The position numbers were made by a program, and so were the translations under genes. Below, piece by piece: positions 27,761 to 36,695 of a stretch of 64,000 nucleotides of DNA. Within the stretch, counting starts at the first letter, position 1. Each line of letters begins with the position of its first letter. The notes below the pieces were generated by a model. The model saw only the letters and a list, made by a program, of their open reading frames with translations, had not been told where the DNA came from and did no database searches. Source of the stretch: Clostridia bacterium (GTDB taxonomy: Bacteria; Bacillota; Clostridia; Christensenellales; DTU072); contig DAONQC010000001.1 in the NCBI GenBank assembly GCA_035409945.1, positions 21,571 to 85,570 on the forward strand, read 5' to 3'.

Positions 27761-30380
27761 AGCACCAGAGTTATCCGAAATGATGAAACACTATTTCTAT
27801 ATAAAAGAACAGTATAATGACTGTATCATTTTTTATAGACTTGGGGATTTTTATGAAATGTTTTTTGATGACGCACTCGTTGCAAGCAAGGTTCTTAATA
27901 TAACGCTTACTGGACGAGATTGTGGATTATCAGAACGTGCACCTATGTGTGGCGTACCTTATCATGCAGCGGACACATACATTGCAAAACTAGTGCAAGA
28001 GGGATATAAGGTTGCTATCTGTGAACAACTGTCTACTCCTGCCGATCAAAAAGGCATGGTGAAAAGAGATGTAGTTAGAGTTATAACGCCTGGTACAATA
28101 ACGGATGATAATTCATTAGATTCTGACTCCAACAACTATTTACTTTCAGTATATAAAGCGGGTGAGCAGGCAGGTTTTGCGTGGACTGATATATCAACTG
28201 GCGTGCTGAAAGTTAGTCAACAAAAATTCGGCAATGTAAATCAAATTATAGATCAAATTTTATCAATAGGTCCATCAGAAATCATTTCTAATAAGGAAGC
28301 ATATACTACAATCGTTTCGGCTGACTATGTTTCAACTGAAGCAATAGTAAAACCAGAACATTTTTATGAATTATCTTTCGAATATGGTAATGCAACTGAT
28401 TCAATTCTGAAATTTTACAAAATACAATCAATACAAGCACTTGGGATAGAAACTACACCTTTTGCAGTTTGTGCACTAGGTGCGTTATTGAGATATGTTG
28501 AACTAACTCAAAAACAAATGTTAGAACATGTAAAAATGCCACAGGTTATTATGGATAATAATAGAATGTTCTTAGATTTTACAACAAAAAGAAATTTAGA
28601 ATTAGTACAGACATTAATTGATAATCACAAACAAGGTAGCTTATTAGGTGTTCTGGATAAAACGTCTACAAGTATGGGTGCTAGAGAATTGAGAACAACC
28701 ATTTTAGAACCGACACGGGATTATGTTGCGATTAATAATAGATTAGATGTTGTAGAAGAATTGATTGAAAATACAAATAGACGTTTAGATGTTAAAACTG
28801 CTTTATCCGAAATACGAGATATTGAAAGGTTGTGTAATAAAATATCTTATAATAGCATAAATCCCCGAGAAGTTATTAGTATAATGATTTCGCTAAAGAA
28901 AATATTAGAAATCAAAAATTTATTAAAAACAAGCAAAAGCAAATTGCTTAAATCGATACATAATGAACTCGACGGTTTGCCAAAACTTATCAGTATCATT
29001 GAAGATTCTATAACAGAAAATCCGCCAACAACACTTAAAGAGGGCATGGTAATAAAAGAAGGGTTTGATAAGGAACTTGATAAGTTAAGAAATGCTCAGA
29101 AAAATGCAAATAACTGGTTGTTAGAATATGAGCAACAACAGAAGGAAACAACTAATTTAAAAACATTAAAGGTGGGCTATAATAAAGTCTTTGGTTACTA
29201 TATTGAAGTAAGCAATTCATATCTTGATAAGGTTCCAGATCACTATATAAGAAAACAAACTTTAAAAAGTGGCGAGCGGTTCATAACTGAAGAACTTAAG
29301 AATATGGAAGAATTGATATTAAATTCAGTAGAGAGATCGATTGAGTTAGAAACGAAAATATTTGATAGTATTAAATACGAACTAAGATTAAATATGAAAG
29401 TTATTCAACAAAATGCAACATTAATTTCTCAATTGGATGTATTGATATCATTTGCTGAGGTTTCTGTTCAAAATAATTATGTTAGACCGCTAATTAATTT
29501 CAAAAACAACGATATTGTTATTAAGAATGGCAGGCATCCCGTCGTTGAATCGCAAAAGAAAAGCAGAGCCTTCATACCTAATGATATAACATTAAATGAT
29601 GATGCTAAAACATTAATAATTACAGGGCCAAACATGGGTGGTAAATCCACATATATGAGGCAGGTAGCATTAATTGTGCTAATGTGTCACATGGGCTGTT
29701 TTGTGCCAGCAGAGTATGCTTTAATAAGGCCTGTCGATAGGGTCTTTACAAGGATTGGTGCTAGCGATAATCTTGCTGCAGGTCAATCTACATTTATGGT
29801 TGAGATGACCGAAGTAGCTAATATTATTAATAATTCTACATCAAATAGCCTAATTTTATTTGATGAAATAGGTAGGGGTACCTCTACATTAGATGGACTA
29901 GCAATTGCCTGGGCTATTGTTGAATTTGTGTCGTTAAAAATTAACGCATACACATTATTTGCAACACACTATCACGAGTTATCGGAATTAGAATACATAA
30001 TCCCCACTATTAAAAATTATCACTTATTGATAAAGTACACTGGTGGTGAAATGGTTTTCTTATACAAAATTACAAGAGGGAGTACAAATAAAAGTTTTGG
30101 AGTAGAAGTGGCATCAATGGCAGGGGTCAATGATATAGTTATAACGAGAGCAAAAAAAATTATGGAACTACTCGAAAAGACTCATAAAATATATGATATT
30201 AAAGAAATAGTAACTTCAGAACCCGGTAAAGATGCAGTACCATTAAATCAAATAGGTTTTTTCGAGGAAGACACAAAGACTAAAGAAATACTTAATATAG
30301 TAGATGCTGTGGACATAAATAATTGTACGCCATTTGAAGCTCTGACAATTTTATCAAATTTAAAAAACCTTCGAAAATAG
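27750..30380 (+). CDS. mutS: DNA mismatch repair protein MutS
   Basis: The motifs FYRLGDFYEMF, Walker A GPNMGGKST, DEIGRGTST and ATHYHEL are all present. Confidence 0.96.
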   Translation: MSNKAPELSEMMKHYFYIKEQYNDCIIFYRLGDFYEMFFDDALVASKVLNITLTGRDCGLSERAPMCGVPYHAADTYIAKLVQEGYKVAICEQLSTPADQKGMVKRDVVRVITPGTITDDNSLDSDSNNYLLSVYKAGEQAGFAWTDISTGVLKVSQQKFGNVNQIIDQILSIGPSEIISNKEAYTTIVSADYVSTEAIVKPEHFYELSFEYGNATDSILKFYKIQSIQALGIETTPFAVCALGALLRYVELTQKQMLEHVKMPQVIMDNNRMFLDFTTKRNLELVQTLIDNHKQGSLLGVLDKTSTSMGARELRTTILEPTRDYVAINNRLDVVEELIENTNRRLDVKTALSEIRDIERLCNKISYNSINPREVISIMISLKKILEIKNLLKTSKSKLLKSIHNELDGLPKLISIIEDSITENPPTTLKEGMVIKEGFDKELDKLRNAQKNANNWLLEYEQQQKETTNLKTLKVGYNKVFGYYIEVSNSYLDKVPDHYIRKQTLKSGERFITEELKNMEELILNSVERSIELETKIFDSIKYELRLNMKVIQQNATLISQLDVLISFAEVSVQNNYVRPLINFKNNDIVIKNGRHPVVESQKKSRAFIPNDITLNDDAKTLIITGPNMGGKSTYMRQVALIVLMCHMGCFVPAEYALIRPVDRVFTRIGASDNLAAGQSTFMVEMTEVANIINNSTSNSLILFDEIGRGTSTLDGLAIAWAIVEFVSLKINAYTLFATHYHELSELEYIIPTIKNYHLLIKYTGGEMVFLYKITRGSTNKSFGVEVASMAGVNDIVITRAKKIMELLEKTHKIYDIKEIVTSEPGKDAVPLNQIGFFEEDTKTKEILNIVDAVDINNCTPFEALTILSNLKNLRK

Positions 30381-30399
30381 TGTAAATAGTGAGGATTAA

Positions 30400-32322
30400 A
30401 TGATTATCAATGTGTTAGATAGTTCGATTTATAATCGTATTGCTGCAGGAGAAGTAATAGAGAGACCTTCTTCAGTAGTTAAAGAATTAATTGACAATAG
30501 TATAGATGCTGGCGCGACAGAAATTAAGGTTTTTATCGAACAGGGCGGCATCAAATGTATAGAAGTTTCTGATAATGGCTCAGGCATACCAAAGACTGAA
30601 CTTTATAAAACGATTTTACCTCATGCAACAAGCAAAATATCCAGCGCGGAAGATCTTTTTTCTATATCTACCTTAGGTTTTAGAGGTGAGGCCTTAGCTT
30701 CGATTGCAGCGGTAAGCGAATTTGAAATTAAGACAAAATATCACGCAGAAACTAACGGAGCGAGACTGTATTCACAAGGCAGCGAGTACGTAGTTGCTGA
30801 TACGGCGTGGACAAACGGAACTATCGTTATAGTTAAAAACTTATTTTATAATATGCCTGCTAGATTTAAGTTTTTAAGTTCGCGCGTAAGCGAAGAAAAT
30901 AATATTAAAAAAGTTGTTAGTCAATTTATTTTATCGCATCCTAACATAGCATTTTCTCTGTATTGCAATGACAGGTTAATATTTGCTAGTGAGGGCTTGG
31001 GTCTAGAAGAAGCCTTACAGGTTGTTTTTGGAAGAGAGATTGCTACTGGTTTAATACCACTAAATGATAAACGCTTAAGTAGTAACAGTTATAAGATACA
31101 AGGCTATATTTCTCCACCTAACTTATACAAAAACAATAGGTCGTATCAATATATAATTGTTAATGGGAGAGTAGTGGTAGATAGTAATATATCTGCAACT
31201 GTACAAAATGCATATTCTGATAGGCTAATGAAACACGCATTTCCTATATTTGTTTTAGATATTGCAATTCCTTTCGATGAAGTTGATGTAAATGTTCATC
31301 CCACCAAGCGTGAAATCAGGTTAGCTTTTTCAAAAAAGCTATTTGGTTCAATTTACCGTTCAATACAAGAAACACTCCTAGATTTTGAACTTTCTAAACA
31401 GGCTGAATTTTTTCAAGTTAATACTCTGTTAATGGAAAACAAAAAAGACAATAATGGTGAAACAAATAATGATGCCTCTGTTAATCCAGATAAACAAAAT
31501 AAAAATGATGCTCAAATAAATAAAAATAATTATGCGTGTCAAGTGCTCTTTGATGGCGATTCTCAAAAAAACTTGATAGATGATAGTGGTGCATTAGTTG
31601 ATGACTACATTCCATCGCTAGCGAACATAAAAAAACAATCAGCTATCATCGAGCAGAGGGCTAGCATTGTTTCTAAAGAAATAAATGATGATAATTCTAA
31701 TAATACATTAGCTAAATCATTATTTAATCAGGAAAAAAACATATCATATCGAATTGTAGGTCAGATATTTAATACTTACTTGATTATAGAAGCTTATGAT
31801 AAGGTATTATATATTGATCAACATGCTGCGCATGAAAGGATTTTATTTGATAAATACAATGAAGCAATACAAAGAAAAGTTGTCGCTTCTCAGCAGATGC
31901 TTATTCCTTTTTTATATGAATGCACTATCGCTGAGCATGACGTTTTAATGAAGGCTAAGGAGACTTTGATGCAATTGGGTTTTGAAATAGAGAGTCTTGG
32001 AGTTAATACTATTAGAGTTTCTGCGATTCCATTAGTATTGGCGGAAAAGATCAACTTGAAAAAGGTGTTTGATGACATTATAAGTTTATCCATGTCAGGA
32101 ATTGATGCATTATCATTAAAGAGCCTTATTAAAGACAGTATCGCATCGATTGCCTGTAAGGCCGCAATTAAAGGGAATTTGAGTTTATCAAGTGAGAGTA
32201 TTAAATATATAATAGAATATTTTTTTTCTGAAGGGATGCCCCTACAATGTCCACATGGTAGACCCACAATTATAGCTTATGATAAAACTGGCTTTGAAAA
32301 GGAATTCAAAAGAAGAGTATGA
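30400..32322 (+). CDS. mutL: DNA mismatch repair protein MutL
   Basis: GHKL ATPase motifs (IAAGEVIERP..VKEL.DNS.DAGA, LGFRGEAL) and the C-terminal endonuclease motif DQHAAHERILFD. Confidence 0.95.
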   Translation: MIINVLDSSIYNRIAAGEVIERPSSVVKELIDNSIDAGATEIKVFIEQGGIKCIEVSDNGSGIPKTELYKTILPHATSKISSAEDLFSISTLGFRGEALASIAAVSEFEIKTKYHAETNGARLYSQGSEYVVADTAWTNGTIVIVKNLFYNMPARFKFLSSRVSEENNIKKVVSQFILSHPNIAFSLYCNDRLIFASEGLGLEEALQVVFGREIATGLIPLNDKRLSSNSYKIQGYISPPNLYKNNRSYQYIIVNGRVVVDSNISATVQNAYSDRLMKHAFPIFVLDIAIPFDEVDVNVHPTKREIRLAFSKKLFGSIYRSIQETLLDFELSKQAEFFQVNTLLMENKKDNNGETNNDASVNPDKQNKNDAQINKNNYACQVLFDGDSQKNLIDDSGALVDDYIPSLANIKKQSAIIEQRASIVSKEINDDNSNNTLAKSLFNQEKNISYRIVGQIFNTYLIIEAYDKVLYIDQHAAHERILFDKYNEAIQRKVVASQQMLIPFLYECTIAEHDVLMKAKETLMQLGFEIESLGVNTIRVSAIPLVLAEKINLKKVFDDIISLSMSGIDALSLKSLIKDSIASIACKAAIKGNLSLSSESIKYIIEYFFSEGMPLQCPHGRPTIIAYDKTGFEKEFKRRV

Positions 32323-33269
32323 TTAATAACGTCCCATTAAATAATAAGTTAATTATAATTTGCGGTTCAACTGCTTCAGGGAAAACATATATTGCAGAGA
32401 AATTTGCATTGGAATATGGCATGGAAATTATTTCTGCCGATTCTATGCAAATTTATAAAGATATGGATATAGGTACTGCAAAAGCAAAAAATTTAAAAGT
32501 CAAACAACATATGATTGACATAGTAAAACCTAACGATGAATATAATGTATTTATGTATCAAAAGGATGTTAAGTCAATTATTAATAATACTAAAAACGCT
32601 TCCGAACAGTATGTAGTATGTGGCGGAACTGGATTATATATAGATTCACTTTATTATAAAATGAATTTTGGACATGGTATTGAAAAAGAAAATATGGAGT
32701 TAAAAAATAAACTTGATGACATTCTAGAAAAACATGGTAAACAATACATTTATAATTTACTAATGATGTCAGATCCAGAGGCTGCGAAACAATTACATCC
32801 AAATAATTCTAGACGGGTTTTAAGAGCGTTATATTTAGTAACTTTATATGAACAACCTTTATCTCGAATACAAACTAGAAAAATTAATGACGGAATTAAA
32901 CTTGTTATATTACACACCAATCGTGAATGTCTTAGGCAACGTGTAGAAAATAGGGTTGAAGAAATGGTAAAAATGGGGCTCGTAGATGAAGTTAAAATGT
33001 TAATTGAGAAATATAATTTAACATTTCAAAACCAATCGTTCCAAGGCATAGGCTATAAAGAATGGGAATCCTATTTGCTAGGAAATGCCGATATGGAATC
33101 TACTAAAAAGTTAATAATAACTAATACTATGCAATACGCAAAACGTCAAACCACTTGGTTTAACAATAGATATAAAAATAACTTAATTAAAATTGATACC
33201 ACATCACTATATGATGATGAAAGCGAAATATTAAAGCAAATTAGTAATTTTGTTTTAAATACAATATAG
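32319..33269 (+). CDS. miaA: tRNA dimethylallyltransferase MiaA
   Basis: P-loop GSTASGKT plus the DSMQIYKDMDIGTAK and YAKRQ.TWF motifs. Confidence 0.93.
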   Translation: MINNVPLNNKLIIICGSTASGKTYIAEKFALEYGMEIISADSMQIYKDMDIGTAKAKNLKVKQHMIDIVKPNDEYNVFMYQKDVKSIINNTKNASEQYVVCGGTGLYIDSLYYKMNFGHGIEKENMELKNKLDDILEKHGKQYIYNLLMMSDPEAAKQLHPNNSRRVLRALYLVTLYEQPLSRIQTRKINDGIKLVILHTNRECLRQRVENRVEEMVKMGLVDEVKMLIEKYNLTFQNQSFQGIGYKEWESYLLGNADMESTKKLIITNTMQYAKRQTTWFNNRYKNNLIKIDTTSLYDDESEILKQISNFVLNTI

Positions 33270-33318
33270 TTAGGCAAGCAAGTGGTGTAAGTTTTGAATT
33301 TATAAGGAAATAATAATT

Positions 33319-34548
33319 ATGCAAAACCCAAATATAAATGACTTAGTATTAAATGTTGAAAATGAATGTGTAGATTTGTTTAAACAAATTTCTAAAATTT
33401 CTTTCCAAAACCAAGTTAAAATTTTAAATGCATTTCGTAAAAATCGTGTTTCTACTAGACATTTTATACCTTCTACGGGCTATGGTTATGGAGATGATTC
33501 TAGAGATACGCTATATAAATTGTATGCTGATGTTTTTGGCGCAGAAGATGCTATCGTTTCGCCTCTCATAACATCTGGAACCCATATGCTTTCTATAGTA
33601 TTTTTCGGGTCGTTGTTACCAGGAGACCGCATTCTTTGTATCACCGGAACACCATATGATACGCTACATAAGGTAATAAAAGGAAAGAATACAGGTTCCT
33701 TAGAAGATTTTGGTATTACATATTCGGAAATACCATTACTTTCTAATGGAAAGTTTGATTTTACGAATATAAAGAACAAGTTAGGGCGCTTATCACCCAA
33801 AATGGTATTTATTACAAGGTCAAAAGGTTATTCATGGCGCCAAGCTCTTTCTATTAGCGAAATTGCAGAAGCTTGTGAATATATAAAAAAGATTTCACCT
33901 AATACTATTATTTTTGTTGATAACTGTTATGGTGAATTTGTGGATTGTAAAGAGCCTACGGAGGTAGGCGCAGATTTAATAGCAGGGTCCTTAATAAAGA
34001 ATCCTGGTGGAGGAATAGCAACAACTGGAGGATATGTTGCTGGGAAATCGGTTCTTATAGACAGAATCGCTTCGAGGTTTACATCTCCAGCACTAAAGAC
34101 CGAATTAGGTTCATATAATGCATCGTACTTGCCATTTTATCAAGGATTATTTCTAGCTCCAAGTGTGGTCGCAAATGCATTGAAAGGCTCTGTACTTTTT
34201 GGACATTGTTTTGCAAAACTGGGCTATGATGTAAATCCAGAAATAAATTCTCTCCCAACAGATATAATTAGAGCAATAAAATTCGATTCAAAAGAAGAAC
34301 TTATAACATTTATTCAAAAAATACAATATTCCTCGCCGGTAGATAGTTTTGTAACACCGATTCCAGGAGCAATGCCTGGATATCACAATAAAGTAATAAT
34401 GGCCGCTGGAACGTTTGTACAAGGTTCATCAATTGAATTAAGCGCAGATTCACCAATAAAAGAACCATATATCGCATACCTACAAGGAGGATTAACTTAC
34501 GAGCATTGTAGGCTTGCTGTTATTGAAACATTGAAATCATTATTATAA
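33319..34548 (+). CDS. YnbB-like 'aluminium resistance' / methionine gamma-lyase-family PLP protein
   Basis: 409 aa with motifs recalled for this family (TRSKGYSWR, SLIKNPGGGIA). It follows mutSL-miaA as in other Firmicutes. Confidence 0.7.
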   Translation: MQNPNINDLVLNVENECVDLFKQISKISFQNQVKILNAFRKNRVSTRHFIPSTGYGYGDDSRDTLYKLYADVFGAEDAIVSPLITSGTHMLSIVFFGSLLPGDRILCITGTPYDTLHKVIKGKNTGSLEDFGITYSEIPLLSNGKFDFTNIKNKLGRLSPKMVFITRSKGYSWRQALSISEIAEACEYIKKISPNTIIFVDNCYGEFVDCKEPTEVGADLIAGSLIKNPGGGIATTGGYVAGKSVLIDRIASRFTSPALKTELGSYNASYLPFYQGLFLAPSVVANALKGSVLFGHCFAKLGYDVNPEINSLPTDIIRAIKFDSKEELITFIQKIQYSSPVDSFVTPIPGAMPGYHNKVIMAAGTFVQGSSIELSADSPIKEPYIAYLQGGLTYEHCRLAVIETLKSLL

Positions 34549-34736
34549 AATCTCTAAATCAAAATATTAAACACAGATTTTTTAATAATTCCATCTGTAA
34601 TATATTTTATTTTTAAGCCATTTTTTTAGAATTTTGTAAAAAATATAAAAATACTTGGATTGCAAACAATTTTTAATTATTTGCGTATTTTGTCATTTTT
34701 TGACTAAAAATAACCATTATTCATCGCCCCCTATTT

Positions 34737-34774
34737 GCATCTATTCGCAAAATCGGTATTTTGCGAATAGATGC
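34737..34774. repeat. Perfect 17-bp inverted repeat with 4-bp centre (candidate dif-like / operator site)
   Basis: The sequence is GCATCTATTCGCAAAAT-cggt-ATTTTGCGAATAGATGC. CCCCT (34728-34732) / AGGGG (34775-34779) extend the stem across a 4-nt bulge. The direct repeat CCCCTATTTG occurs at 34728-34737 and 34805-34814. Confidence 0.9.
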
Positions 34775-34871
34775 AGGGGTAATATGTTTGTTATTTTCCC
34801 TTTTCCCCTATTTGAGAATAAACATTTGCATGCCTTTAAATTAAATATAAACAATAAATAATTCGCTTCTA

Positions 34872-34902
34872 TTACAATTAATATGTTTAAATATGGTATA
34901 AT
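34872..34902 (+). promoter_or_regulatory. Promoter for the recombinase-lexA operon with leaderless geometry
   Basis: TTACAA (34872-34877), a 19-nt spacer, then TGgTATAAT (34894-34902). The predicted +1 is the A of ATG 34909, and there is no SD. Confidence 0.45.
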
Positions 34903-34908
34903 AAATTT

Positions 34909-35991
34909 ATGGAAAAGACTAACTATTTTGAATTAAAAAAGTATAACCAATTATCTAAGTTAAATGATATTTTGGAAAATAATCTACCATTTTTTTGTAG
35001 GGAATTCTTCGTAGGAATTTCAATGCGTGTAGCATCATCAACTCAATTGAATTATGCTAGAGATTTAGTCATATTTTTCGATTTTCTTGTAAAAAAAATT
35101 AACCATTTCTATGGAAAATCCATAAACTCAATAACATTGGCTGATTTAGATGCTTTAGAAAGTCAACATATAGAGTTTTATTTGAGTTATCTATCCTACT
35201 ATAAATTTAATGGAAAAATCAGAACTAATAATGAAAGAGGCAAAGCAAGAAAGCTAAGCGCTATTAAATCTATGTTAAATTATTTTTATAAGAGAGATTT
35301 AATTCAAGAAAATGTCAGTTTAAAAGTTGATACTCCAAAAATTCACGATAAACCCATTATTCGTCTTGATAATGACGAAGTCGAATCAATGTTATCAGTA
35401 GTTGAAAAAGAATCTAAGTTTCATTCATCACGTCAAGATAATTATAATTCAAGAGTTATTAAACGCGATACTGCCCTATTAACACTACTTTTAGGTACTG
35501 GTATAAGAGTTAGTGAATGCGTCGGTCTAAATTTACTAGATATAGACTTTAAAAATAATGCCTTTAAAGTAACTCGAAAAGGTGGTAATATATCAGTGCT
35601 CTATTTTTCTAACGAAATTAAACAGGCACTTGATGACTATATTATATGGAGGTATGAACGATTGGCGAAAGCAAATAAACTCGATACGCCTGCTTTGTTT
35701 ATAAGCCTTCAAAACAAGCGTATTACTACACGCGCAGTTGAAAATATTGTAAAAAAATATGCGAAATTAATTTCTCCATTAAAATCTATATCTCCACATA
35801 AACTACGAAGCACATATGGTACTGCTTTATACAGAGAAACTAAAGATATCTTTATTGTAGCTGAAGTATTAGGACATAAGGATGTAAATACAACAAAAAA
35901 ACATTATGCTGCTATATCTGAAGACATAAAAAAAGATGCTGCGACGAGAGTAAAATTACGTAGACATTCTCAAATAGACACAGACAAGTGA
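34909..35991 (+). CDS. XerS-like tyrosine site-specific recombinase
   Basis: A complete R-K-H-R-H-Y catalytic set is present (GIRVSE, VTRKGG, HKLRST, LGHKD, KKHY). The N-terminal core-binding region has an XerS-like pattern (LPFFCREFF...FFDFLV), as recalled from memory. Confidence 0.8.
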   Translation: MEKTNYFELKKYNQLSKLNDILENNLPFFCREFFVGISMRVASSTQLNYARDLVIFFDFLVKKINHFYGKSINSITLADLDALESQHIEFYLSYLSYYKFNGKIRTNNERGKARKLSAIKSMLNYFYKRDLIQENVSLKVDTPKIHDKPIIRLDNDEVESMLSVVEKESKFHSSRQDNYNSRVIKRDTALLTLLLGTGIRVSECVGLNLLDIDFKNNAFKVTRKGGNISVLYFSNEIKQALDDYIIWRYERLAKANKLDTPALFISLQNKRITTRAVENIVKKYAKLISPLKSISPHKLRSTYGTALYRETKDIFIVAEVLGHKDVNTTKKHYAAISEDIKKDAATRVKLRRHSQIDTDK

Positions 35992-36071
35992 AATTATTAA
36001 TCAAGATTTAGAATCATTATTTACTTTAATTAACGATAATTATTGAGAGTATAGCCAGAAGAGGACTTTAA

Positions 36072-36695
36072 ATGAAAAATGATATTATAACCAACAAATT
36101 AAATAAATTGAGGTTTTTTTTAAAGGAGTATTTTATTAAAAACACCTATCCACCCACTATTAGAGAAATTTGTAACTATATGGGTTTCAAATCTACGTCC
36201 AGTGCACATAAATATCTTAGATTGTTAAGAGATTTAGGAGAGATATCGATTGATTCCAATATAAGTAGAGGTATTAAGCTAGAAAAGAACATTTTTGAAT
36301 TGCCAGGAATTAATTTAGTCCCCCTACTTAGTAGTATTGTTTCGGGTCAACAGCTCTTCGCGGAGGAGTCATATACCAAGCATATTCCCCTTCCTCAATC
36401 ATTTTTTGGTTACAATGATAATTTATTGTTGATTAAAGTTTCAGGTTCAAGCATGATAGATGTAGGCATTAATGATGGGGATTATATTGTAATTCATAAA
36501 CAACCATTTGCTTCTAGCGGTGATATAATAGCTGCTTTAATTGACAACGAATATATAACAGTTAAAAGATATTATATAGACCATAATAACGTGGTTAGAT
36601 TGCACCCTGAAAATAAAAACATGAGTGATGTTTATCCTGAAAACATTCAAGTTTTGGGTATAGTAAAAGGACTTATTCGTACAGAGGTAAAATAA
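36072..36695 (+). CDS. lexA: LexA repressor (S24 peptidase)
   Basis: wHTH with YPPTIREI, catalytic Ser in GSSMID and Lys in TVKRYY. The cleavage-site position reads VS-GQ rather than the usual A-G. Confidence 0.88.
   Translation: MKNDIITNKLNKLRFFLKEYFIKNTYPPTIREICNYMGFKSTSSAHKYLRLLRDLGEISIDSNISRGIKLEKNIFELPGINLVPLLSSIVSGQQLFAEESYTKHIPLPQSFFGYNDNLLLIKVSGSSMIDVGINDGDYIVIHKQPFASSGDIIAALIDNEYITVKRYYIDHNNVVRLHPENKNMSDVYPENIQVLGIVKGLIRTEVK

Noticed and set aside
34655-34861. 68-aa ORF (TTG start) spanning the 38-bp palindrome
   Set aside because: It has a non-ATG start without an RBS and a Cys/Phe-rich nonsense-like composition. The frame runs straight through the inverted repeat, so the region is better explained as non-coding regulatory or recombination-site DNA.
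34909-35991. Tyrosine recombinase as the integrase of a prophage or integrative element
   Set aside because: No phage, conjugation or cargo genes flank it. Its neighbours are conserved chromosomal genes (mutSL-miaA-ynbB upstream, lexA downstream), and no att-like direct repeats bracket a candidate island. A Xer-type chromosomal function fits better.
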